Source: Phoronis australis (taxonomy: Eukaryota > Animalia > Phoronida). From it: a stretch of 64,000 nt of DNA. The notes under the pieces are model-generated. The model was not told the origin of the DNA and searched no databases. It saw only the letters and a program-made list of their open reading frames with translations. The DNA lies in assembly GCA_002633005.1 (NCBI GenBank), contig NMRA01000308.1, forward strand, positions 417,961 through 481,960, read 5' to 3'. Every line of letters starts with the position of its first letter. Position 1 is the stretch's first letter. A program made the position numbers and the translations under genes. Shown here piece by piece: positions 47,901-58,412 of the stretch.

Positions 47901-50900
47901 AGAGCATACATGCCAATTTTCGCAATCATCCTAAGAGCCGTGTGGTTGAATGAGGGGCAGATGCCAAAAAACAGACTGTGTCTCGAAAACTAGATGGTGC
48001 AAAATGGCTCGAGTCCATCCCAAAACAAGAGGATAGCGTCACCTCATTAATAGATGCCTATGTCGCAAATTTCAAGGAAAATTGGTAGAGGACCTTTGAA
48101 GATACAGAGGCAATTAACGTAAAAAAACTAAAACTGCCACTAGGGGGCACAGCGGTATTCGGGTCGGTCCAAAACTCGTCGCCCCCTGTCCTCCACCACA
48201 TAGGAACACACCTGCCAAATTTCAATACAATCATGCAAGGGGTTTAGGAGATACAGCCGCAGACACCGGACGCCCAGACAGAGATGACGGAAATATGCAT
48301 CCACATTTTATATGTCAGCACTAACTAAAAATTTCAAGCAAATCCCTTTTCAGATATCAAGTTCAAACCTAAAAAATATCCTCAGATAATCATTATGTGA
48401 AACAGTGCAGAATCAAAAGCTTTATATATTCCAAGTTAAAACCAGACTGAAAGAAATCAAATAAGGTGGAATTTGAGAACAGAGATTGGATTTGGAACCT
48501 GCGTTGCTTATCCACATAAGGCCTCTTCATATACATTGTCTAGGGCTACTTACTCAGTATAGGCACCAGTATCAGCGTCATAGTGGAAGCAACTGCAGTG
48601 AGTGAGGAAGACTCCCCAAACAAAGGCTTCAGTTCAGCAAAGATCAACCCGAAGCATTTCACCATACCGATGAGGAAAAAGGCGTTTAAAAATACACCTG
48701 TTGATGAAAAACAAAACATTAATACACCGCCCTGGTAAGGTTGTGTAGGTCCTTCTCCACTAGTCTCTATATTTAGCCAAATATCTACAAATCTATAAAT
48801 TTTAATTCAGTAAAACACATTTTCTGAAAGTCAACATAATTCTATGTCTAACTTTACACCACATTACCTTTTCAAAAAAGAAAGGTGCAACCAAAGCAAA
48901 ATAATGGCATCTATAACTTGACCAAATTTTATTTGATGCAACTTAAAATTTTTCATAAAATCATAAAATATTAAAAACAATTCCTAATTACGTAATGGAG
49001 AACAGTTCATTAAGAATGTCTCCTGAAAGTTTCATTTTAATCCATTAAGCTATTTCTGAGATATGATGTTCTGAAGTGTGCCAGATATAGACGCTTTTCC
49101 AGGGTCCATCCTAAGGAATTACCAAACTTTGGTGCTTTATTTGTTATTGGTTCAAGGAATTGTTAGCCAATTACAACGCCTGCAATGCGCTATGACATAG
49201 CGAGCTTATCTACATATGCCATGGAAAGAAAATCATTTGAACTGCGTCATGTGACCTTGCCATGCCTCACTGTAACTTTTGGAATCGAGTGAATATGCTA
49301 GGCTCGTGCTAGCCAGCTCGCCATTGGCGAATTCTGAGCGGCACTGGCGATTGTAGAGCTAAGTCCATTCACAAACTTGGCAAATGCTTTTGCAAATTGA
49401 CAATATAAATGAATATTGGGAAAACCTACTCGCGAGTCAACACACAGTCAGCTCGAATCAAGTCGTGTTGCAAACAACAGTCTTACATGTACTTCTGACT
49501 CCGAGTCTAAAAAATAGCAAGCAAATGTTTCATTTCACGTCCGTCACTCCTTCTGAAATCATTCCTTTGCCGCAACAAAATGTTCAACTGTGTAGCTGGG
49601 AGGGGGGGGGGGTCAGCACTCTTGGTTATGGCAATTTCTCGCTTCATAGCGAGATTTCCTGTAGGTGCTGCCGCTTATCTCCCAGTGACAATGTCAAAAC
49701 GGTGAATAGGCGGAAAATGTTACCCAGTCCCTCAATAATTTTTTACACTCACGATGTGGTGTGAGCCGGTTCCACGATATTTTAACAAGAGTGACACGGA
49801 GCATTGAAATGTGCCCATGAATGCATTGCAAATGGTGAGCTTTTAGGGTTGTTTATTTGTGTCATAAAAATGGCCACTAGATGGTGCAAAAACATATAAT
49901 CCATCCGAAAACAGGCAAATGCCATAGCTTCTGTAACAGAAAGCTATACACCAAATTTCATAGAAATCCATAACGGAACTTCAAAGAAACAAAGGAAAAC
50001 AGAATAAAAAGAAACTGCCACTAGGGGGCACATTGTTCATTGGATCCGCCTGAAAGTCGTCATTGTCTGATGTTAGCTTCATATAAATACACTTTACTAA
50101 TTAAAACAAATAAAAAATCCAGCAGTGGGTTTAGGAGATACAGTTATGCGCGCAAAACAAAACGAAACTACCACTAGGAGGTGCCACAATATTCAAAGTT
50201 TTCATCGTCAACCGTCCTCTTCACACTGAGAACACATATGCCAATTTTTAAAACGATCCTTAGAATGATTTGGTTGATAGAGGGGTAGATGCCAAAAAAC
50301 CGACAAAAATGGCCACTAGGTGGTGCAAAATACCTTGATTCCTTAAAAAACTGGAGGATACCGTCATCTCAACAATAGATGCCCGTATTCAAAATTTTAT
50401 GAAAATTCGTTGAGGACCTTTGAAGATACAGAGGTAAACGTAAAACTAAATTGCTACTAGGGGGCACACCGGTGGTCAAATCCGTCTGAAAGTCTTCATT
50501 CGTTGTCAACATCATATAAATACACTTCCTAAATTTAGAAAAGATCCTGCTAGCAATTTAGGAAATACAGACATTGGCACAAAAAAAAACAAAACTGCCA
50601 CTAGGAAGCACCACAGTAGTCAAATTCGTCGGAAAATCATCAGCAAGCGTCCTCTTCATGGTAAGAACATACATGCCAATTTTCGCAATCATCCTTAGAG
50701 TGGTTTGGTTGACAGAGGGGCGGATGCCAAAAAACGGACTCGCAAATACAAACAAGAGCAACGCAGAGCGTTGAAATGCGCCCACAATTGCACCGTATAC
50801 GGTATCCTTCTAGGGTTGTTTATTGATACCATCAAGTGGCCAGTAGAGGGCATATATGTAGTATGTTGTACTTTGCAAAATGGAAAGGCATGGTCATTGT

Positions 50901-53900
50901 CTCCTCAATAGGCTAGGGGCAAAATGTGAGTGATCTTCATAATACAAGCACATCCTATACATCAGTTGCTTAAAGCACCACAGAAACATAGAATTAAAAA
51001 CAAATTTACCAACATACGAGTTCAGCACAGCATTAGAATGCCAGAAACAAATTTCTACTTGGAACATATCCTTCATAGTCACCAAGTAACACAAAGTATA
51101 CACCTGAAGACCTATGAAAATACAGAGGTCAATGTAAAATACTTAAGTTGCCACTAGAGGCATACCGGTAGTCACAATCATCCTAAAGTCATCATCGTCC
51201 GTTGTCAACATCATATAAATACACTTGCTAAATTTCGTAAAGATCCTACAAACGGTTTAGGAGATACAGCCATGGGCGCAAAAAAAAACTGCCACTAGGA
51301 GGCGCCACAGTAATCAAAGTCATGGGAAATTCAGCGTAAAGTGTCCTCTTCATAGTAAGAACATACACGCCAATTTTCACAATCATACTTAGAGCGGTTT
51401 GGTTGATAGAGGGGTGGACGCCAAAAAACAGACTCAAAAACAGTAAAAATGGCCACTGGGTGTAGCAAACTAGGTCGAATCCATCCGAAAGTCATCGCAC
51501 TAATAGGTGCCTAAATACCAAATTTCATGAAAATCCGTTAAGGACTTGTGAAGATACAGAGGTAAACGTAAAAAAATAAAATTGCGACTAGGGGGCACAC
51601 TGGTAGGCGGATCCGTCCAAAGGTCGTCATCGTCTGTTGTTAACATCATATAAATACACTTATTAAATTTCGTAAAGATCCTGCAAATGGCTTAGGTGAT
51701 ACAGTCATAGGCGCAAAAAAAAAATGCCACTAGGAGGTGCCACAGTAGTCAAAATCGTCTGAAAATCATTATCAGCTGTCTTCTTTATAGTAAGCACATA
51801 CATGCCAATTTTCACAATCATCCTTTGAGCGGTTTGGTTGATAGAGGGGTGGACGCACAACAACAGACTCGAAAACAATAAGAATGGCCACTAGGTGGCG
51901 CAAACTATGTCGAATCCATCTGGAAACGGGAGGATAGCGTCATCTCACTAATAGGTGCCTACACACCAAATTTCATTTGAAAATACAAAGGTAAGCGTAA
52001 AAAATTAAAATTGCCACTAGGGGGCACACCGGTAGTCGGATCCGTCCAAAAGTCGTCATCTTCTGTTGTTGCCACTAGGAGGCGCCACAGTATTCGAAAT
52101 CGTCGGAAAATCATCGTCAACCGTCGTCTACATAGTAAGCATTTACATGCCAATTTTCACAATCATCCTTTGAGCGGTTTGGTTGATAGAGGGGTGGATG
52201 CACAACAGACTCGAAAACACTAAAAATGGCCACTAGGTGGCGTAAACTATGTCGAATCCATCTGAAAACGGGAGGATAGCGTCATCTCACTAATAGGTGC
52301 CTACATACAGGACTTTTGAAGATACAAAGGTAAGCGTAAAAAACTAAAATTGCCACTAGGGGGCACACACCGGTAGTCGGATCCGTCCGAAAGTTTGCAC
52401 ATGCCGTCCCATTCATGAATGGAACACATGTGCCAAATTTCATGAACGTATGTCAAAGGGTTTTGGAGATAGATCAGCAAACGCCGGATGCCGGACGCCG
52501 CCCGGACGAACGGAGATGACGGCATAATGCGTCCACATATGAATATGTGGGCGCATAAAAACTGCTAGTCAAATTTTATTTTTCGCTTATTGCATCTCAG
52601 TCAAACTGGCGTTAGCAGATTTAACTAATGTCGCTGGCTGTTCTTTACTACGATTTCTTGCATTAGCCCTCACGCGAATTATCATTTCCACATCCCTTTT
52701 TAGCCATCCAGCATAATTTGGTTTATACATTGGCCAGTTTCAGCCTGAACAAAAATTCTTACCATTCGAGTCTGAAATATCTACGACGTAGACTGCTTGA
52801 CGATAGAGGGTAGGAGATTCACGCAGCTAGTTACAGGGATGGGCTTAGGGAGCATAGAGCCGGGAAATATGGAAATAGACTTGACATCGCAGTTTTGGGG
52901 AACATTCGCAACGGAGGAATATCGTAAAGAATTGAGTCTTTCGTAACAACAGCTTAAAAGTACAGTCACACCCGTTTTTGTTACTTATGACTGTCGATAT
53001 TCTCTTTTGATGTGTGACTTCGTATAGGTGCACGCGCTCAAGTTCCCACACTTTGGAGTGCATGTTACCTTGACACCAACATGTGATTGACAGGTGACTC
53101 ACACGTAATGCCCTATGTGCGTGCTGAATACCGTCGCTATCTTTGGCCATAAAAACGAGATGCATATTGAAAGAGGCCATTATATTACTTGACGGCATTT
53201 CCAAGTCACAATTGTCAGCCGACTGAGACATTGCACGCTAACAGCGGGACTGAACAGTGCCGCAGTGCGATATTGCAAGTGATATAAATAGGATAATCTG
53301 GACATCTTGCATGAAAAATAAATGTTTTTCCACCACGAAGTTTGGTAAGGTGATCGTATAAAAATGAATTTAAACATTGCTGTTTTGTGGCGTTTTATCA
53401 CATATTTATGCCATGGCTCCAAATTTTATTCTTGATTGATGAGCGGCTCACGGCCGCTTAACCCCGATTCTTGTCTAAGGCCTAATTCTTTGCCAAGCAT
53501 GTTGGGCGCAACGGCAAGTGAGCAATGCCGGGCGGTCAAGATAAAACAGCTATTCGCAGAACCATACGCTGAAAATGTCATTGAGTCACTGAGTGTCGAC
53601 TATAAACATCCCAAACACAAAAAAATCTGAATTAAGTTTTTCAAACCTTTATTACAACTAATTTTAAAACTGCTATGAACTTGGCAGCTAGTACGAGACT
53701 GTAACCATAAATTTGATGTCTGCTGTGACCTCTGCAACACGTGAAGCTTGCATGCGCGCACTTTAGCAAGGTCACATCTTGAAATAGTTGCAATCCAAGT
53801 AGAGGCTGCGTGGTCACTGGTCGTCTGCGCTCTACAGGGCAAAGTAACAAGACCGCAGGACGGCACAGGGCTATTACTCTGCAATTCTGTAAATTTAAGT

Positions 53901-56691
53901 GAATAACTAATCTGAGGTCAAGAGAACCTTTGTTGGGATCATCCGCTGTCATGACATTTTCCTGTCACGTGGCGATGTGACAAAAACACTCTTAGAAAAG
54001 TGCTACGCATTCCGAGTACGTATGCGGTGTGGGGAATTAGATCACGAGGTAAGATTAACCGCCCAGGGCGGTTGCCTGTCGTAAGAAGCGCCCATGGTTA
54101 GGTTATCTGCTTGATTTTTTAATATCTTTCAGAGGGATTGAGGGCCCTGAAAATGTTATTGAGAGACTGGGATGCGTTTGCACTTCGACAGTAGCCAAAA
54201 GAAAGCAAGGTAAAGTAAATATTACTTAATGAGTTTTATATTCACTCCTCTGCACGATTCAGTTTTATTTTACAAGTCACAAGTAATGTTAACGATTTTG
54301 GGCCTAAATGTCTTGCTCATAAAAATGTTCACGTTGGCCAGCGTACCCCTGCAGTAACCCGGGGATAGGGGGAATCCCTGCTAAAATTTTTTTAGGTCAA
54401 CATCAGTGAGGTGCCCATGTGGCCGGACTACCCCCACCGTAACCCAGGGATAGGAGGGAACTCCCGCACAACTTTTTTAAGGTCAACATCATTTAAATGC
54501 CCATGTGGCCGGTGTACCCACACACTAACTCAAAACTTTCTAGGTCATAATAAAACCCATGTTGGCTGACATCCCGTCCAACCTATTAGGTTGCTATATG
54601 ACTTTGGAATGTTGATCATTTGTTTTTTTCTTAAAGTCCTTCTCTCACACGTTGTTAACCCTTATTACACGGTTAGAAGATGTTATAAGGATCCAAGAAG
54701 TACCTACCCCATAACTAATACACGATCCGTACTCGAAAACAGTTTAAATGAACGCGCCACTCACGATTCGCACCCGAAGAAACACCGCCATTTTGAACTT
54801 GCCGCGAACCCGGAAGTACAATTCATTCAGGAACCCAGGCNNNNNNNNNNNNNNNNNNNNNNNNNNNNNNNNNNNNNNNNNNNNNNNNNNNNNNNNNNNN
54901 NNNNNNNNNNNNNNNNNNNNNNNNNNNNNNNNNNNNNNNNNNNNNNNNNNNNNNNNNNNNNNNNNNNNNNNNNNNNNNNNNNNNNNNNNNNNNNNNNNNN
55001 NNNNNNNNNNNNNNNNNNNNNNNNNNNNNNNNNNNNNNNNNNNNNNNNNNNNNNNNNNNNNNNNNNNNNNNNNNNNNNNNNNNNNNNNNNNNNNNNNNNN
55101 NNNNNNNNNNNNNNNNNNNNNNNNNNNNNNNNNNNNNNNNNNNNNNNNNNNNNNNNNNNNNNNNNNNNNNNNNNNNNNNNNNNNNNNNNNNNNNNNNNNN
55201 NNNNNNNNNNNNNNNNNNNNNNNNNNNNNNNNNNNNNNNNNNNNNNNNNNNNNNNNNNNNNNNNNNNNNNNNNNNNNNNNNNNNNNNNNNNNNNNNNNNN
55301 NNNNNNNNNNNNNNNNNNNNNNNNNNNNNNNNNNNNNNNNNNNNNNNNNNNNNNNNNNNNNNNNNNNNNNNNNNNNNNNNNNNNNNNNNNNNNNNNNNNN
55401 NNNNNNNNNNNNNNNNNNNNNNNNNNNNNNNNNNNNNNNNNNNNNNNNNNNNNNNNNNNNNNNNNNNNNNNNNNNNNNNNNNNNNAAAAAAAAATCAACG
55501 ACCACTAACTACAAACTATAAATACACTACATATGCACACGAATCACGATATATTACTAAAAAAACAAAATAATGAAGACTTTTCGAGCAAGCCATAGCA
55601 CATTCAGTTACAAGGAAAAAATGGCGGCGTTCACGACAAGTTCCTGAACTGATGAGCCGGAAATGTGGGTATGGAAATAACCGATAACAACCGGTAATCA
55701 TACGCTCAGAGAGAAGGGTCAAATACTGTTAAAATCGCTTTTGGCAAGAAAGGCAAAAAGAATATAAAGAAAGGGTGTCGAAAATAAGAATTTATTAAGT
55801 ATTTTCGGATACTGGAACCACATGGGCAGTTTGCAAGAAGGACTTTAAGGCAAATGTCTTTTCTTATAGTACATGTATGAAAAGGATCTGCATATAACAT
55901 GAAAAATAAAAAGTTTGGTCTGTGTAACTGTTTTTATCAATTGCAGGGGTTCGGAAAACAGAAAAGTATTGGCTAATAACTTTTGAAAATGGCTTAAAGT
56001 TTTCAGATGTTTTAGCTATTTTGGCTAATGCCTAATGTCTAGCGTGAGCGTAGATGTAGATTTCAAAGTGATGAGAGACGCGATTCTTTTGAAAAATAAA
56101 CTTGTAAGCATTTCAGTAACAAGGTACACACAGGTTATAATGATTCTAATACACTTAACTACACATATACACTTGATCTTTGACGTTTTATGAAACAAGT
56201 TTGGTCTTCAAGCGGCTTTGTCTCATTGAGTCCATAGATACAATAGATTTGCTTAAAAACTTCATCACCATCTCCTGATGTTCAAAGCTCACCAGGAGCC
56301 CGTTCCAAGAAACTGATAAGTCTAAGATTTTTCTCAACTTCTAAACTTTGTAACTTCCACATACCGTAAGTTATTCGAACTGAAAATAAAACCTACGTAA
56401 AAAATTTAAGATCTCTTTCGTGAAACAGTCTTGAGACAATTTTATCGTAAAATGGACTAATATTTAAGATTTGTCTAAGTTAAGTCAGTTTTTTGGAACG
56501 GGCCCCAGAACTAGATCCATATATTACGTAAATGAGAAACCTAAGAATGCGCATCTCTTTCAGAAAGCTACATTTACGGGAAAATAACTAAAAATGCATA
56601 AAATGACGTCAAGTTTGCCAGTACCTGCAACAATCATCCAAGCCCATCCACGATCAATAGGAATCTGTTTGGTCTTGTTACGCAGCGTCAT
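38780..56691 (-). CDS. SLC16: SLC16 / monocarboxylate transporter family MFS protein, 537 aa; complement join 56625-56691,48554-48697,46709-46852,41050-41185,39181-40151,38780-38931
   Basis: Six phase-compatible exons totalling 1614 nt from ATG to TGA; MCT signatures DRGWAW, YFDKRRSLAMGLATSGSSVG, large central loop and hydrophobic TM segments. Confidence 0.93.
39181..40151 (-). CDS. SLC16: SLC16 coding exon 5 (TM6, central cytoplasmic loop, TM7-TM11)
   Basis: ttgcag|G TAT...ATG G|gtaaga; coincides with ORF 39131-40147 (AASLFRP, AAFLISIVAISELIAR, LVDFLGLHNLASSFG). Confidence 0.95.
40226..40355. repeat. ~31-bp tandem x4
   Basis: CATTTTGCTACCATAACACGTTAATACCAGT. Confidence 0.85.
41050..41185 (-). 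CDS. SLC16: SLC16 coding exon 4 (IGSSLSYAPSLVLVGLYFDKRRSLAMGLATSGSSVGGMVLPVLI)
   Basis: ttacag|GT...CG|gtaggc; MCT YFxKRRxLAxG motif. Confidence 0.95.
41239..41640. repeat. 42-bp minisatellite x~9.5
   Basis: AATCTACCTCAGCAGGTCAAGATCTAGTCGGATCCATTGGCA. Confidence 0.94.
43095..45624. mobile_element. TA-flanked TIR element with CCGTA termini (Tc2/pogo-like, non-autonomous), composite interior
   Basis: TA|CCGTAAACATTCGAGTCAATGCC ... GGCGTTAACCTGAACGTTTACGG|TA; subterminal GGGCGGTTAAC/GGGCGCTTA repeats. Confidence 0.7.
45635..45815 (-). mobile_element. Degenerate HINE 3'-end fragment
   Basis: AACAAGAGCAATGCGAAGCATTGAAATGGGCC ... GGCCACTAGATGG. Confidence 0.6.
45858..46345. repeat. 26-bp minisatellite x~19
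   Basis: GGCACACTTTGGTAC(A/T)GATACGACCG. Confidence 0.93.
46709..46852 (-). CDS. SLC16: SLC16 coding exon 3 (PITTSLGKRYGTRPVVMIGG...ILTYGIIY)
   Basis: atttag|GT...TAT G|gttagt; MFS loop 2-3 motif RYGxRPV. Confidence 0.92.
47031..48320 (-). mobile_element. HINE copy, full-length, reverse orientation, ~8 subunits
   Basis: ACAAGAGCAACACGGAGCATTGAAATGCACCCAC (reverse complement of 3' end) to GATGACGG..ATGCATCCACATTTTATATG (5' end). Confidence 0.8.
48554..48697 (-). CDS. SLC16: SLC16 coding exon 2 (VFLNAFFLIGMVKCFGLIFAELKPLFGESSSLTAVASTMTLILVPIL)
   Basis: caacag|GT...CTG A|gtaagt; TM1-TM2 of MCTs. Confidence 0.9.
49784..52561 (-). mobile_element. Compound HINE: two 3' ends (49784 and 50751), one 5' end (52561), ~17 subunits
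   Basis: AACAAGAG...TTGAAATG(T/C)GCCCA occurs twice; terminal GCGTCCACATATGAATATGTGGGCGCATAAAAA; unrelated ~250-bp block at ~50850-51100. Confidence 0.78.
53030..54105. repeat. Interspersed repeat, inverted copy of parts of ~43220-44600; third partial copy at ~61560-61765
   Basis: For example GATGATCCCAACAAAGGTTC (43367) vs GAACCTTTGTTGGGATCATC (53923); CACCTGTCAATCACATG (44537) vs CATGTGATTGACAGGTG (53080). Confidence 0.75.
54340..54550. repeat. ~80-bp diverged tandem x2-3
   Basis: GTAACCC.GGGATAGG..GGAA..CCC ... TAGGTCAACATC ... GCCCATGTGGCCGG repeated. Confidence 0.65.
54841..55485. other. Assembly gap (645 N)
   Basis: run of n. Confidence 1.
56296..56505. mobile_element. MITE, PIF/Harbinger-type
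   Basis: CAG|GAGCCCGTTCCAAGAAACTGA ... TCAGTTTTTTGGAACGGGCCC|CAG. Confidence 0.72.
56625..56691 (-). CDS. SLC16: SLC16 first coding exon (MTLRNKTKQIPIDRGWAWMIVA)
   Basis: tttcag|aaATG...GCA G|gtactg; D[GR]GW[AG]W MCT N-terminal motif; an acceptor 2 nt upstream of the ATG implies a further upstream 5'UTR exon. Confidence 0.9.
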
Positions 56692-56825
56692 TTCTGAAAC
56701 ATTAAGGTTCAAGTGTAATACTGGAAAGATGTCTAAACACAGTCAACTTTGGAGCATTGTATCTCAGAAATGGCAGATCAAGGATGCACACCGTAAAACT
56801 AAGACATTCGGGGAAATCGCATAAA

Positions 56826-57032
56826 AATGCAAGACTGTGCGGTGTATCGTCATGCATAATAATGCAAGACTGTGCGGTGTATTGTCATGCATAATAATGC
56901 AAGACTGTGCAGTGTATCGTCATGCATAATAATGCAAGACTGTGCGGTGTATCGTCATGCATAATAATGCAAGACTTTGCGGTGTATCGTCATGCATAAT
57001 AATGCAAGACTGAGCGGTGTATCATCATGCAT
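56826..57032. repeat. 35-bp tandem x6
   Basis: AATGCAAGACTGTGCGGTGTATCGTCATGCATAAT. Confidence 0.93.
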
Positions 57033-57373
57033 TACAAATGAAGGAGGTGATGAACGCAACATTCTTGTGTCTACACAATGCAGCCTAGATTCAACCGAAA
57101 CAGCTAACTGTACTTTGTGTAATGCTCCTAAAACATTTTGAGGGACTGTTCTTAAAATTTCCCACTTTAGTATGAGCGCTCTCAAAATTTTTTGACTTAC
57201 AATTTTTATGGAAAAATCTAAAGTTGCAGAAAACTAAAAATGGAAAGAAAATTTAGAAAACTGTAATAGGCAAGCGTTTTTGATATTTCATCTAGAAAGA
57301 TTAATATCAAACGAAATTTGGTTGTGGCAGTGATACACTTGTTTGACTAGCTTTCTTCTTTAATATATTTTAT

Positions 57374-57510
57374 TAACAAGAGTAAGGTGAGTCGTTGAAA
57401 TGCATCAATTACTGCACTGCAAACTGTACACTTGTGAGGGTTTAGAGGTACTCATTAGTATCATATAGTACCCTTGTAAGGGTTTAGCATAATAAAAATG
57501 GCCACTAAAT
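57374..57510 (-). mobile_element. Degenerate HINE 3'-end fragment
   Basis: AACAAGAG..GTTGAAATGCA..ACTGCACTGCAAAC ... AAAATGGCCACTA. Confidence 0.5.
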
Positions 57511-57724
57511 CTAGTGCTAAGGTGGAGCGCAAGTAAATTGAGGGAGCAAACGTGTGGGGACTGTTTTCAAAGACATGCAGAGGTGGCATGATGAGCAAAC
57601 AGACTGAATGGCTTTATTCAGGTACAGAACATAGAAATAGGCTGACGAAGAGTTGCTATGAAACTGGCTTGTGTGGTCAAAGTGCAAATGAACAGTAGTA
57701 AGGAGACCTTCAAGAACAGATCAA

Positions 57725-58412
57725 AGGACCACGATGCCCTCGGGACCACAATACCCTCAAGATCACGATGTCCTTGAGACTGATGCCCTCGGGACGACAA
57801 TGCCCTCAGGACCACGATACCCTCAGGACCACAATGTCCTCAAGACTATGATGCGCTAGGGACCATGATGCCCTCGGTACCATGATACAGTCGGAACCAT
57901 GATGCCCTCGGTACCATGATACAGTCGGAACCATGATGCCCTCGGTACCATGATACAGTCGGAACCATGATGCCCTCGGGACCACGATGCCCTCGGGACC
58001 ATGACGCCCTCAGGATCACGATGCCTTAAAGGCGAAGGCAACCTTTTTCCACGTCATTTTGACCTAAAATAAGGTTGGTTGGTTATCCTAGACATATTTT
58101 TCACTTAATTACAGCTTTTCGTAATTTTATTAATTACTCGTCTGCTTTTCCGGAAGTGACGTTTTAGGAGGCAAGCGCTTCCCGCCACTTGGGTTTGCGT
58201 TGAGCTTACTGTGCGAATCTGTTCTATTCTACTTTTGTTTTGTGCTATTTTTCACCAATTGTCGCCACCACTTTCCATCGGCGAGTATTCTGCGGCAAGA
58301 TAGGTTAGTAGAGAACTCAACTGCNCGGGACCATGACGCCCTCAGGATCACGATGCCTTAAAAACAACGATGCCCTTGGGGCCACGATGCCCTCAGGACA
58401 ACAATGCCCTAA
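57725..58412. repeat. Degenerate 17-18-bp minisatellite interrupted by ~300 bp of unrelated DNA (58030-58325)
   Basis: GGACCA(C/T)GATGCCCTC(G/A) units on both sides. Confidence 0.8.

Noticed and set aside
54591-55521. ORFs of 223-305 aa
   Set aside because: Artefacts of translating through the N gap.
55649-55685. Hammerhead-like CTGATGAGCC...GAAA
   Set aside because: Stems II and III do not form convincingly.
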